Shown here piece after piece: positions 1-9,645 of a stretch of DNA of 64,000 bases (the stretch's first letter is position 1; every line of letters starts with the position of its first letter). Source of the stretch: Deltaproteobacteria bacterium (GTDB lineage Bacteria > Myxococcota_A > Polyangia > Fen-1088); assembly GCA_033763315.1 (NCBI GenBank), contig JANRKS010000032.1, forward strand, positions 192,001 to 256,000. Direction: 5' to 3'. The notes under the pieces are model-generated. The model saw nothing but the letters and a program-made list of their open reading frames with translations, was not told where the DNA came from and did no database searches. Position numbers and translations under genes: made by a program.

Positions 1-497
1 TGGTTGTGGTAGGCCAGCCGGAGCCCCTCCTTCTGCAGCGTGGCGCCCAGCTCGTTCAAGGTGCCGCCCAGCTGCTTCCAATCGGCGAGCTGTTTGTTGA
101 GCCCCTTGTCTGCCCACGGCCAATAACAGGCGACGTACTTGTGGCCAAAGAAGTGCGCGTTTTCGATGATCTTGGGAAGATCATTTTTCAGTTGATACAT
201 GGCCGCGCCGCTGGCCACCGGCACCAATCCCACGTCGCTGATCATCTGCTTGAAGTCAGCCGCCGGAACGCCCTTGGGCGGTCCGCTGAATTCCAGCTCC
301 TTGAAGCCCTGATTGGCCAGGTGTTGCAAGGTGCCGCGCGGGTTCTCATTCAGTGCCCGGCTCACGCTGCCCAAGATGACGCCAAACGTTTGAAGGCGGC
401 GTTTGGGTGCCTTGGGCTTGCCGTATGCCGGCCAATCCGCACATCCAGCCGCGACGGTGGCCACACTCTGCAACAACACGCGACGGCTGGTGTTCAT
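1..497 (-). CDS. Sugar phosphate isomerase/epimerase (xylose isomerase-like TIM barrel) with Tat-like signal; 3' end runs off the window
   Basis: Not in the ORF track. Manual translation from ATG 497 (SD AAGGAAG upstream) gives MNTSRRVLLQSVATVAAG...GFKELEFSG...ELGATLQKEGLRLAYHN, open to the window edge. GxxxxE and L-x-YHNH are typical of this family. Confidence 0.8.
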   Translation of the reverse strand, partial: MNTSRRVLLQSVATVAAGCADWPAYGKPKAPKRRLQTFGVILGSVSRALNENPRGTLQHLANQGFKELEFSGPPKGVPAADFKQMISDVGLVPVASGAAMYQLKNDLPKIIENAHFFGHKYVACYWPWADKGLNKQLADWKQLGGTLNELGATLQKEGLRLAYHN

Positions 498-515
498 GAA
501 CTTCCTTGCTGCGGG

Positions 516-1232
516 CTAGCCTTTGATGCTGGCCTTCTTGATAAAATCGAGCTTGGGAAAGGATTGCTTCAGATAGGCGTTGCCCTGCATCTGAATCATC
601 ATTTGGTTGGGCGTTTCACCGTATTCCGACGTGATCTTGTCCACAACCTCCATGCCTTTGGTCACTTTGCCAAACGGCGCAAAACCCATGGCGTCAAGGA
701 ACGCGTTGTCTTTGAGGTTGATGAACAGCTGGGTCGTGCGTGTGTCGGGGCCTGCCGTGGCGAACACGATGTTGCCGCGCTTGTTGGTGTCTTTGACGGG
801 ATCGTCTTTAATGTGCGCCTCGCGCCAAACGCCATTGACGGCCGGATCGGCGTGCAATCCCCACTGCACCACGAAGCCTGGGGCAACGCGGAAGAAACGG
901 TTCTCATCATAAAATCCGCTTTTCACGAGGTTAAAGAAGCGATCGGCTCCCTGGGGCGCCAACTCACGTGACACCTCCACCTCGAACGTGCCTGCCGAAG
1001 TATCGAATGTGGCGGTGAACTTCGCCGGCGCCGTTTCGGTCAACTTCGCCGGATCCAAGGCTCCCGCAGACGAGCCCGCAGCAACTTCGGGCTTGGGCGC
1101 TTCGGGTTTGGGTGGTGGCGGTTTCACCGCTTCAGTCTTCGCGGGCAAAGGCGGGGGAGGGGGGGCACTGGCCGGCTTGCACGCCACCACTGCAAAGGAA
1201 AGCACAAGGGCACCAAACGTCGTCGTTCGCAT
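516..1232 (-). CDS. Cyclophilin-type peptidyl-prolyl isomerase, lipoprotein
   Basis: Lipobox VVAC, Pro-rich linker, cyclophilin motifs FFRVAPGFVVQWG, RTTQLFINL and FAPFGKV. Confidence 0.93.
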   Translation of the reverse strand: MRTTTFGALVLSFAVVACKPASAPPPPPLPAKTEAVKPPPPKPEAPKPEVAAGSSAGALDPAKLTETAPAKFTATFDTSAGTFEVEVSRELAPQGADRFFNLVKSGFYDENRFFRVAPGFVVQWGLHADPAVNGVWREAHIKDDPVKDTNKRGNIVFATAGPDTRTTQLFINLKDNAFLDAMGFAPFGKVTKGMEVVDKITSEYGETPNQMMIQMQGNAYLKQSFPKLDFIKKASIKG

Positions 1233-1253
1233 GCCCGCAGGATACGCGACTGG

Positions 1254-3545
1254 CTAACGGTGGCCAAGCCGTCGGCGTAAGGCCCACTCAGAACACAAAA
1301 AGCCGATCGCCAGCAGCAACAAAAGCGGGTTGCCACCCAGCTCAATCGCCCGTTGTCGCCCCAAACGTTCTTCGCGCAGCGGTTTGAGCGGAAACGCTGC
1401 GAAGCCATTCTCCACGAACATGCCACCTGTTTGCTTCGCAAGTTCCGCAAGCACCGCTTTGCGCGCCACGATGTCTTCAAGCTCATGGCCTTCCGGGCGA
1501 ATCAACAACGTTTTGTCTTCCGTCACGGGGCGGCCATCCAAGGTGGCTTTCGCCGTCAATCGGTAAGCGCCCGTCGGTAAGTCGCCCAGATCCACCACGG
1601 CTTCACCGTCGGCATTTGTGCGCAAGGGCCACGTTTTGACGGGAGGCTCTTCGGGTTGTTGTGCGGCCGTGCGCACTTGCAGCTCAACATCGACGTCTGC
1701 CGCTCGGGTGTAGTCCGCGTGCAACGTGCGCACGCGCGCGCCGATGGCTTGGCCCTTGCGATACTCCACCCGATCCATTTCCAAGCGCAGCAAGGTGAGC
1801 GCTGGATCGCGCACCAACCAGCGGATGGCGTTTTCCCAGAACGTCTGAAACGCTCGTCCATCGCCCTTGTTGCCGGCGTCAACGAAGCCCCATTGCCAGG
1901 CCGAATCCGTCATGAGGGCCATGGTGCGCCCTTTGCCCATGTCCGCCACCGCCAACACGGGCGCGGGTGTGCCGTCTTGCGCTTTGAACTTTGGGTGCTC
2001 AAGCAAGGCCGATGCACCAGGCTGCAAACGCGAGACGCGGTTTAAGCCCTCGATGTTTGGCAGCGCGCCCCAGCGGTGTTCGTTCGCTTTGGGATCGATG
2101 CTCAAGGATGTGATGGGGTGCCCCAGGCCCTGTTGTGTAAGCCGCGGTCGATATTTGTCGTCCGAAAACGACGCCTCGGCGCTCATGGGCACGCCATCGA
2201 GCGAAACAGGAAGCACATCGGCCAAAGCGCTGACGCCATATAGGCCGCCCGCAAACGAGAGATCTCCACCCACCATCGCCAAGGCGCCACCACCCAAAAC
2301 ATAGTCGCGCACGCCCGGCAAATAGTCTTTCACCTTGTAAGGCTCGTAATTGAAGTTCTGAAAGATCAACAGATCGAACGAACCCAGCTGCTCGTAAAAC
2401 ACCTCGCGGTGTGGAAACGGGATGAGCGACATCGCCCGCCGATCGTCTATCGGGTGCTCATCCTGTTCCGTGCGCAAGATGAAGAACGAAACGAGATCTA
2501 CGTTGGGGTTTAGGCGTAGCAGCGAACGCACAAAACGCTGATCCCATGACGGCCGACCCGCCACGTGCAGCACGCGCACGCGATCGCGAATCACTTTGAG
2601 CGCGAAGGTTTGTTTGTTGTTCTCGGCCAACGCTTCACCACCCAACACAGGTGTTGCCACCTCAAACACGAAGTTGCCCGGCTGCTGCGGCGTGAACGGG
2701 AAGCTGACTTTTGTTTCGCCGCGATCGCCCGTTAGTTCCACCGTATGAGAATCCAACAGACGGCCATCCCGTGTCAGCGTTACCTCCACTTTGCGGCCAC
2801 CAAGGCCCGTGTGACGAACCACGGCTTCAAGCGCGATGGGTGTGCGCACGAACGCAAAGTCATCCGCCAGCACCGTGGCCACCGAAAGATCTTTAACGGT
2901 GGATTCACCGACCCACACCGTATGTATGGGCGCCCCCAGAGCCTTCGCTGCGCGCAGCGTATCGGCGTCAAGTGGGCCGTTTCCCACGCGGCCCGTGTCG
3001 ATGCCATCAGAGATCAGCACAACGCCGCCCAAATCGCGGCCCGCATAACGGCCTTGCAGATCCGTCAACGCCTCGCCGATGCGCGTGGCATCCACGGGGC
3101 TTGCCGCGCGCAGGCTGGCCAGGCTCGCGGGGGCCAACCCCTCGCCAAACGAGTACAAATCCAAGCGGTGGCCAAAGCTTCGCCACTGGTCCATTTGGCC
3201 GCTTGATCCGTCCAAGATCTTCATCATGCGATCGTGCCGCGAGCCACCACCTTGAGGTGGGCTGACGGTCATCGAGCGCGACACGTCCGTCAGCACCGCC
3301 ACGTGGTTGGGCACGCGCGTGATGCGGCGCAATTCTAACGTGGGCTCAAGCGCCACCATCAAACACGCAGCCACCGCTCCCGCGCGCAACGCGAGTAAGG
3401 TCCACCGCCGTTGGGGCCGGGCCCCACGCCACAAAGCGATCGCCGAGATCGCGATCGTGAGCACAGCGCAAGCCACCAGAAGCCACACCATGCGCGACGA
3501 TAAGTGGCCGCCCAAGGCGACGCGCCAATCTGAAAACGTGCGCAT
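1254..3545 (-). CDS. Membrane protein with VWA domain and class-I glutamine-amidotransferase-like domain
   Basis: N-terminal TM helices, MIDAS DVSRSM, LISDG, GGGALAMVGG, and a C-terminal TM ending EWALRRR. Confidence 0.8.
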   Translation of the reverse strand: MRTFSDWRVALGGHLSSRMVWLLVACAVLTIAISAIALWRGARPQRRWTLLALRAGAVAACLMVALEPTLELRRITRVPNHVAVLTDVSRSMTVSPPQGGGSRHDRMMKILDGSSGQMDQWRSFGHRLDLYSFGEGLAPASLASLRAASPVDATRIGEALTDLQGRYAGRDLGGVVLISDGIDTGRVGNGPLDADTLRAAKALGAPIHTVWVGESTVKDLSVATVLADDFAFVRTPIALEAVVRHTGLGGRKVEVTLTRDGRLLDSHTVELTGDRGETKVSFPFTPQQPGNFVFEVATPVLGGEALAENNKQTFALKVIRDRVRVLHVAGRPSWDQRFVRSLLRLNPNVDLVSFFILRTEQDEHPIDDRRAMSLIPFPHREVFYEQLGSFDLLIFQNFNYEPYKVKDYLPGVRDYVLGGGALAMVGGDLSFAGGLYGVSALADVLPVSLDGVPMSAEASFSDDKYRPRLTQQGLGHPITSLSIDPKANEHRWGALPNIEGLNRVSRLQPGASALLEHPKFKAQDGTPAPVLAVADMGKGRTMALMTDSAWQWGFVDAGNKGDGRAFQTFWENAIRWLVRDPALTLLRLEMDRVEYRKGQAIGARVRTLHADYTRAADVDVELQVRTAAQQPEEPPVKTWPLRTNADGEAVVDLGDLPTGAYRLTAKATLDGRPVTEDKTLLIRPEGHELEDIVARKAVLAELAKQTGGMFVENGFAAFPLKPLREERLGRQRAIELGGNPLLLLLAIGFLCSEWALRRRLGHR

Positions 3546-4352
3546 CTAGAAACGCGATCTCCGCGAGCGCAAGATGAACTCGATGTGTGCTTGCTCTTCC
3601 TTATAGTCCAAGCACAACGCATACATCGTGACGTTGACAGCCAGACGATGCGCGTATTCTCGTTGCGTGTCCCCTCCCGGAATCACTTCGTGTTCGTAGC
3701 GGCCAAAGCCATCGCGCGCCAAGGCCCCACACAAATCGTTTTGGCTATAAAGCACGGCGATGCGTTTGTCGCGCTCCACAGCTTCAAGGTAGGGCGCCGC
3801 CATGATGCGGCCCGCAGGAGCGTGCAGCAGGTAAAACGTTTTCCACAACACGTGATCGTCGCTCACACGCTTGGGCAGGTCGCTGGGCAGCAGGCGCGCC
3901 AAAAGCTTGCGCACGCAATCGTCAAACGCCCCGCCCGCGCGCCCTTCGGCCGAATCGATCAACAAGAAGCCGCCAAAGGTCAGGTAGCGTCGCAGGCGAA
4001 TCACATCAGCGTCCGCCGGTGGCGTGAACGCTTGGTCGCCGCTGAGCACGAGCATTGGGTACTTGAACAAATCTGGATCCGCCGCGCGCACCGAGGCGGG
4101 TTCCGTTTCAGGTTCAAGACTGGTGCGTGCCTCCAACTCCCACGCCCAGCGCTTCAATGCCGAGGGCCGCGGATCGGGTAGGCCGCCCAGCACCAACCGC
4201 GCCAAACGGAACCGCGCCTGGGCCGCCCGCGCTGGCCTCGTTTTGACCAAAACAGCCGCGCCCACACCTGCACTCAGCCCGGCCAGGAGGTGGCGCCGCT
4301 TGGGCAGGGCGAGCCCGGCGGCCGCCCCGAATGCGTGTTGGTCGTCACTCAC
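3546..4352 (-). CDS. DUF4159 family protein with Tat-like signal
   Basis: RRHLL signal, LRRYLTFGGFLLID, NDL and NVTMYALC motifs. SD GGAGAG before the GTG. Its stop abuts the start of the VWA gene. Confidence 0.82.
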   Translation of the reverse strand: MSDDQHAFGAAAGLALPKRRHLLAGLSAGVGAAVLVKTRPARAAQARFRLARLVLGGLPDPRPSALKRWAWELEARTSLEPETEPASVRAADPDLFKYPMLVLSGDQAFTPPADADVIRLRRYLTFGGFLLIDSAEGRAGGAFDDCVRKLLARLLPSDLPKRVSDDHVLWKTFYLLHAPAGRIMAAPYLEAVERDKRIAVLYSQNDLCGALARDGFGRYEHEVIPGGDTQREYAHRLAVNVTMYALCLDYKEEQAHIEFILRSRRSRF

Positions 4353-4393
4353 AGTGGAAAATCTCTCCGCGCCGGTCGATACTCGCGGCAGCC

Positions 4394-5122
4394 ATGGTCC
4401 GCAAACACTCCGGTGCCTCTTTTACATCGTTCCTGGTTTCGTGCTCGGGCCACATCGCCCGTGGTCGCGTGCTGAGTATGGCGCTTGTGGGCGCGCTCGT
4501 CGCCCCCCTGATTGCGCAGGCGCCGGCGCACGCGCAGTCAACCCCCGCGCCCGAGGTGCAACCCGTCAGCGGTGAAAGTTCCATCTCGCCGGCCCCTGCT
4601 CCCGAGTGGGGCCCCTCGTTCCATCACAAAGGCCAGTTCGGCATTTCGATCATGCCAGGGTCGGGCTACCGCATGATTGTGCCTTATGAAGACGGCATCG
4701 ACTGCGGTGATGCGGAATCTTCAGGAAAACGCGTTTGCACCGCACGCAGCCCCACATTTATCGATGCGGAGCTTTCCTACGGCATCACAACGCGTCTTGA
4801 TCTGGTGGCGGCCGCCCGGTTCGGGCTCGAAAAGGATTTCACCCGCACAAGGCAGTTCGCGGTGATGCCCGGCCTGCGCATTTGGCTGGATCAAGACGAG
4901 GCGCTCAAGTTCTTCACCATGTTGCAGGCCGTGTTCGACAGCACGGACCAGAAGAACACGGTTTCAAAATCCGATTATGGCGCCCGTGTGGGCTTGGGCT
5001 TCATGTACGATCCCATTCGCAATCTGGGTTTCTACGCCCAGTTGGGCGCGACCTTCGGGTTCAAGCGCTGGTTCCGCATCGAGGCCGACATGGGCGCGGG
5101 CGTTCAGGTGCGGTTCCCGTAA
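4394..5122 (+). CDS. Putative small outer-membrane beta-barrel protein
   Basis: Signal peptide ending AHA-Q, alternating amphipathic strands, C-terminal beta-signal GAGVQVRF(P), one Cys pair in a loop. Start uncertain (4394 or 4478). Confidence 0.62.
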   Translation: MVRKHSGASFTSFLVSCSGHIARGRVLSMALVGALVAPLIAQAPAHAQSTPAPEVQPVSGESSISPAPAPEWGPSFHHKGQFGISIMPGSGYRMIVPYEDGIDCGDAESSGKRVCTARSPTFIDAELSYGITTRLDLVAAARFGLEKDFTRTRQFAVMPGLRIWLDQDEALKFFTMLQAVFDSTDQKNTVSKSDYGARVGLGFMYDPIRNLGFYAQLGATFGFKRWFRIEADMGAGVQVRFP

Positions 5123-5133
5123 CCCGCAGGCCG

Positions 5134-5817
5134 CTAGCCCTGCTCGTTGGGCGAGCTCTTACGAACGATGGGTGGCGTTTGTCCTGGCGCTTCCTTTTGC
5201 GCGGCACAGGCGCGGTGGCGGCGCCTCTGTTTCGTCAGCTTGATCGCGATCACCGCGCCCACCACGATGAAGATGCCCATGATTCCGTACTCTGACCGCC
5301 GCGACCAAGCGATGACGTGGTCGATGTGATCGCCGAAGTAGTAGGCCAGATACACCAGGGCAGGCACCGAGACGATGGAGGCCAGCGTGTCGTAAACGAC
5401 GAACACCGTCGGCCTTACGCGCAGCATGCCCGCCGAAAAAAAGATCGAGAATCGCAGCCCGGGCAAGAACCTGGCGATGAAAATCACTTTGCTGCCAAAC
5501 TTGCGGAAGTAGGCCCGCACCCGCCGCTGTTTGCGCGGCGTGAAGTACCGTTGCGTGCTTTTCCAGCGCAAGATCGCTTGGCCGAAACGCCAGCCCATGC
5601 CGAAGGCCAACCCATCGCCGACGAGCACGGCCGCCAAGCAGAGGGTGAACACCGTGTGCACATCAACCACACCCCGGTGTGCCAGGTAGCCCGCACAGAT
5701 CAGCGAGATGTCCTCGGGAAAGGGCAATCCGAGGCCACAAAGCAGCAGTATCCCCCCAAGTGTCCAGTAGACAGAGCTGGCGGACAGGGTGGACAGGTGG
5801 TTGATTAACCAATCCAT
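5134..5817 (-). CDS. DedA family membrane protein
   Basis: GLGLPFPED, VLVGD and FIARFLPGLR DedA motifs. Confidence 0.92.
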   Translation of the reverse strand: MDWLINHLSTLSASSVYWTLGGILLLCGLGLPFPEDISLICAGYLAHRGVVDVHTVFTLCLAAVLVGDGLAFGMGWRFGQAILRWKSTQRYFTPRKQRRVRAYFRKFGSKVIFIARFLPGLRFSIFFSAGMLRVRPTVFVVYDTLASIVSVPALVYLAYYFGDHIDHVIAWSRRSEYGIMGIFIVVGAVIAIKLTKQRRRHRACAAQKEAPGQTPPIVRKSSPNEQG

Positions 5818-6047
5818 CTAGAACGAGAGTTAAACGCGGCCGGCGGAAAAACGAGAAAGCTGCAAGCAAACCGAGCCGCCCTCCTCTAGGCCCACCAGCA
5901 CAACCGACCAGATCGCCCCCGTAAGGGGCCCACGAAGGAAAAGACGGATCCCTTTCGGCATAGCACGACCCTCTCCGAGCCGGGAGGCGAATCGCCCAAC
6001 CCCTGAAAAACAGGCGGCCGGCGCGCCACATTCGCTTCCCCTATGTA

Positions 6048-6076
6048 TTGACACATCCGCGCGGTTCCCCTAGGTT
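6048..6076 (+). promoter_or_regulatory. sigma70-type promoter of pal-cpoB
   Basis: TTGACA (6048-6053), 17 bp, TAGGTT (6071-6076), then ATG at 6101. Confidence 0.7.
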
Positions 6077-6100
6077 TGGCCCGTCCCTGAGGTGGGAAAC

Positions 6101-6859
6101 ATGCGAAATTTCACTGCGACGCTGTCACTTGGTTTTCTCACGGTCGCTGCCTGGTTGACCCTGGCGGGCTGCAAGCCCGATTACCCTAGCTGCGAGTCCG
6201 ACAAGGATTGCAAGGAGAGCGAGTTCTGCGTTGAGCGTAAGTGCCAACAGTGCCGCAGCTCGAACGATTGCAAGCCGGGGTTTGAATGTAACGAAGGCAA
6301 GTGTGGCGCCATCGCCAATTACTGCACCGATAAGGCTCAATGCCCCGCTGGCCAAGAGTGCATCGCGAATCGTTGCCGTGCTTGTTCTGATGATGCCGAG
6401 TGTCCCTCGGGTCTGATCTGCCTCTCGGGCCAATGTGGCCCTCCCCAGTGCAAGACGGACGACGACTGTCCGCAAGACAAAGACTGTGTCAAAGGCCGTT
6501 GCCAAACGGTGGCCAGCAAGGCGGCAGGCGGACCTCCTTGTCCGCTTGCGCCCGTGTACTTCGGCTTTGATGACGCTGGGTTATCGAGCGAAGCCAGCAA
6601 CATCTTGGCGCAAAACGCCCAGTGCTTGAAGAAGGCGGATCGCCCTGTGAGCCTGGTGGGTCACGCCGATCCCCGCGGCACCGACGAATACAACTTGGCG
6701 CTCACCGACCGCCGCGCCCGTTCCGTGAAGGAATACCTTGAACGCCTGGGCATCCCTGGTGGCCGCTTGAACCCCCTTCCCCGCGGCTCCATTGATGCCA
6801 CGGGCACCGACGACGCCAGCTGGGCCCGCGATCGCCGCGTTGAGCTTCAGTGGCAATAG
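6101..6859 (+). CDS. pal: Pal/OmpA-C peptidoglycan-associated lipoprotein with five Cys-rich repeats
   Basis: Lipobox LAGC; Pal-type motifs VYFGFD, GHADPRGTDEYNLAL and RRVE; lies directly upstream of cpoB. Confidence 0.8.
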   Translation: MRNFTATLSLGFLTVAAWLTLAGCKPDYPSCESDKDCKESEFCVERKCQQCRSSNDCKPGFECNEGKCGAIANYCTDKAQCPAGQECIANRCRACSDDAECPSGLICLSGQCGPPQCKTDDDCPQDKDCVKGRCQTVASKAAGGPPCPLAPVYFGFDDAGLSSEASNILAQNAQCLKKADRPVSLVGHADPRGTDEYNLALTDRRARSVKEYLERLGIPGGRLNPLPRGSIDATGTDDASWARDRRVELQWQ

Positions 6860-6934
6860 ATTGCCAGTTTGGTCCAGGAAGGGATGGGTAGGGTGACTGT
6901 TTCACCAAGACCACGTTCCGGCAAACTCCGCACA

Positions 6935-7750
6935 ATGGGGCGCCTTCTGTCCACCTGCATGGTGACGGGAAGCGCCCTTGCGCTTTTGTCGGGTTGTGTG
7001 ACCTCGGCCGAAGGCCACGCCATGAAGACAGAGACCGCTCGCCTCAAGGAGCGGCTCGACGCCATGGACAAGCGGTACACCGAGGCCAACCAGGCCATGG
7101 ATCGCATCCGCCAGGTCCTGGACGAGGCCACGGCGTTGCTGGCGCGCAACTCAGCCGATCTGGGCGCACAAGTGGAGCGTCAGGGCCAAGACGTGAACTT
7201 GGCGAAGGGCAAACTGGAAGAGCTCCGCTACCTGATCGAACAAATGCAAAAGCACGCCACCGATGTGCGCGTGGAGGAGCGTTTGGCGCAGCTAGAACAA
7301 AGCCAGCAGAAGATCGTGGACAAAGTGGCGCCCACGATGCCCGAAGACAAAGACGCTTTGTGGACCGAAGCCGTGGCCCGTCTGACCGAAGGCAACCGCA
7401 CCGAGGGCCGGCGATTCCTGCGCGAATTCCTCAAGCGTTTCCCGCAAGAACCCAAGGCACCTGAAGCGTATCTGCTGATTGGCAAATCGTTTGCTGAAGA
7501 GTCAAAGCACACGCAAGCGGCCGCCGAATATCAAAAGATTTTGGATTCATACCCCAAGTCGCCGCAGATCCCCGAAGCGATGTACCAGTTGGGCACCTCG
7601 TTCGTTGAGCTCAAATTCTGCGGTGATGCCGAAGCGATTTTCATGGATCTGCAGAAGCGCTTTAAGAAGTCTCCGCGGGCCGCAGACGCGCGCGCCCAGG
7701 TGAAGGCTGTGAAGCTGTTCGCCAAAGACAAAACGCGCTGCACGAGCTAG
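6935..7750 (+). CDS. cpoB: CpoB/YbgF-like Tol-Pal-associated TPR lipoprotein
   Basis: Lipobox LSGC, coiled coil, TPRs of the FPxxxKAPEAY type; follows pal. Confidence 0.8.
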   Translation: MGRLLSTCMVTGSALALLSGCVTSAEGHAMKTETARLKERLDAMDKRYTEANQAMDRIRQVLDEATALLARNSADLGAQVERQGQDVNLAKGKLEELRYLIEQMQKHATDVRVEERLAQLEQSQQKIVDKVAPTMPEDKDALWTEAVARLTEGNRTEGRRFLREFLKRFPQEPKAPEAYLLIGKSFAEESKHTQAAAEYQKILDSYPKSPQIPEAMYQLGTSFVELKFCGDAEAIFMDLQKRFKKSPRAADARAQVKAVKLFAKDKTRCTS

Positions 7751-7770
7751 CCCGGGCCTGTGACGCAAAA

Positions 7771-7793
7771 GCCGCCGCTGTGTAGGCGGCGGC
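7771..7793. terminator. GC-rich hairpin after cpoB, possible terminator
   Basis: GCCGCCGC-TGTGTAG-GCGGCGGC. The A-tract lies on the left side, so there is no U-tract on the + strand. Confidence 0.4.
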
Positions 7794-7799
7794 GGCGTT

Positions 7800-7843
7800 C
7801 TGTCAAACAGACTTCACCTGACCGTAACAGAACTGTTTCGCGG
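7800..7843 (+). promoter_or_regulatory. Pho-box-like array (four 11-bp direct repeats) upstream of the response regulator
   Basis: CTGTCAAACAG/ACTTCACCTGA/CCGTAACAGAA/CTGTTTCGCGG in exact 11-bp register; resembles the E. coli CTGTCAT-N4 unit. Confidence 0.65.
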
Positions 7844-7943
7844 CCAGCGCAGGAACGCTACCGAACGAACCTAATGTTTCGCCCGAAGCACAAACGGCAT
7901 CTTCCGTTTGCCGCTCGCGTCACAGCTTCGTTTCGAGATTGCC

Positions 7944-8759
7944 ATGGACCTTCCTGCGTCCGCAACACACATGCCTTCAGCAAACCTGAAACCTAACGCG
8001 CGTCTTTCGGGGCGCCGCGTGTTGGTCATTGAAGACGAACCCGACATCCGTGATCTGCTGACCTACAACCTGCAAAGCGCCGGTTATGAGGTCAAATCCG
8101 CTGACAGCGGCGAAGGGGGGCTTGAGCTCTACGAGGCCTTCGATCCGCAAGTCATCTTGCTGGATCTGATGCTCAATGGCCTGCAGGGCACCGAGGTGTG
8201 CCGCCGCATCCGCGCCCAGAAGCAAGAGGCGCAGCCCGCGATCATCATGCTCACCGCGAAAGGTGATGAGATAGACCGGGTGGTGGGCTTTGAGCTTGGC
8301 GCCGATGACTACGTCGTAAAGCCGTTTTCCATGCGTGAGCTCTTGTTGCGCGTGAATGCCATGTTCCGCCCGCGCGGTGCCGGTGGTGCCGCTGCCTCTG
8401 GTGAGACGCCAGCCGTGGCCGACGACGATGGCGCCGCCAAACCACGCCGCCGCTTGGTGGTTGGCAACCTCCAGGTGGATGTGGATGGTCATCACGCGTT
8501 CGTTGATGGCACCGAGATCCACGTCAGCATCTTGGAGATGCGCCTGCTGATCTATTTGATGGAATCCAAGGGCCGGGTGCGTTCGCGCGAAGAGCTGCTG
8601 GGCGACGTGTGGGGCTATAAGCCTGGGGTCTCAACGCGGACCGTGGACACCCACGTCAAACGCCTGCGTGACAAGTTGGATTCGGCTGGCTCGCTTATCG
8701 AGACTGTGCGCGGCATGGGTTACCGCTTTGCGGAAGTCCCCCGAACCGAAACGACTTAG
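7944..8759 (+). CDS. OmpR/PhoB-family response regulator, PhoB-like, no adjacent kinase
   Basis: Intact receiver (VIEDE, LLDLML, LTAK, VKPF) and winged-helix RTVDTHVKRLRDKL. Confidence 0.92.
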   Translation: MDLPASATHMPSANLKPNARLSGRRVLVIEDEPDIRDLLTYNLQSAGYEVKSADSGEGGLELYEAFDPQVILLDLMLNGLQGTEVCRRIRAQKQEAQPAIIMLTAKGDEIDRVVGFELGADDYVVKPFSMRELLLRVNAMFRPRGAGGAAASGETPAVADDDGAAKPRRRLVVGNLQVDVDGHHAFVDGTEIHVSILEMRLLIYLMESKGRVRSREELLGDVWGYKPGVSTRTVDTHVKRLRDKLDSAGSLIETVRGMGYRFAEVPRTETT

Positions 8760-8764
8760 GCGTT

Positions 8765-8818
8765 CGTTCACAGAGCTGTAACATGGTGTTGCAGAACTGA
8801 CACCAAGTCGCGACGAAA
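8765..8818 (+). promoter_or_regulatory. Pho-box-like array upstream of the tonB-exbBD-TBDR operon
   Basis: CGTTCACAGAG/CTGTAACATG/GTGTTGCAGAA/CTGACACCAAG/TCGCGACGAAA with a 10-11 bp period. Confidence 0.62.
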
Positions 8819-8867
8819 AACACGCATCGAGGGCGGTAATACCGGGGCCAGCAAGCGACTCGATGCC

Positions 8868-9614
8868 ATGTTTGAGGATTTCGACAAATCACAAAAGCCA
8901 GCGGAGGGACGGGGACGCCTTTTAGGCTCTTACCTCGTCTCTGCCGGCATCATCGTGGGCGTGGCCGCCACTTTGGCCGCAACCATTGCCACCGCCACCG
9001 TGATCGTTAAGAAGCGGCGCGACGTGGAGGTTTCGTTTGCGGATCTGCCGCCCCCGCCGCCGCCCAAGCCCAAGGTAAAGAAGAAAGCGACGCCTGGGGC
9101 CCGCAAGCTGGCCGTGCGCCAAAAGTTGGCGGCACCGAAGGAAATCCCGGCTGAGCAACCCTCTGAGGCGGAGGGCCAACTGGCGGTGGCTGACGACACG
9201 GGACCCGTGGAAGGTTTCGTCGCGGGCACCGCCGGCGATGGCGATGGCGGCGAGGTGGCAAAGCCCCCCGAAGCCCCGCCACCCCCCGCCCCGCCCGCGC
9301 CCGAAGCCCCGCCCGAAGACCAAGAAGTGGAGCGCATCACGGCGCCGCAGTTCTTGTCTGGTTGCCGCACGCCCGAGATCCCCGACGACATCGTCACCAC
9401 GGCAGCCACCATCCAAATCGAAGTGCGCATGTTGATCGGCCCCGACGGTCGCGTGGCCGACGCCAAGATCATCAAGTCACATCCGCTGATCCCAGACGAC
9501 CTAATTCTTCGCTGCGCACGTGCGCAAGTGTTCGAACCCGCTCACCTCCCCGAAGGGCTGGCGGTTCCCTATCCATTTCGACGGCGATTCACCTTTAAGC
9601 CATCGGGGGCTTAG
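8868..9614 (+). CDS. tonB: TonB-family energy transducer
   Basis: N-terminal TM, Pro-rich linker, C-terminal domain with IGPDGRV and F-x-P-A motifs; precedes exbBD. Confidence 0.8.
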   Translation: MFEDFDKSQKPAEGRGRLLGSYLVSAGIIVGVAATLAATIATATVIVKKRRDVEVSFADLPPPPPPKPKVKKKATPGARKLAVRQKLAAPKEIPAEQPSEAEGQLAVADDTGPVEGFVAGTAGDGDGGEVAKPPEAPPPPAPPAPEAPPEDQEVERITAPQFLSGCRTPEIPDDIVTTAATIQIEVRMLIGPDGRVADAKIIKSHPLIPDDLILRCARAQVFEPAHLPEGLAVPYPFRRRFTFKPSGA

Positions 9615-9645
9615 TGGTGTTGGTGTTTTTTAAGGAGCAAGGTAC

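Noticed and set aside
6-971. 321-aa + strand ORF and the many similar long antisense or alternate-frame ORFs (for example 29723-31099, 14864-15796, 50769-51749)
   Set aside because: They are shadows of well-supported genes on the opposite strand, carry no family motifs, and are expected at high GC.
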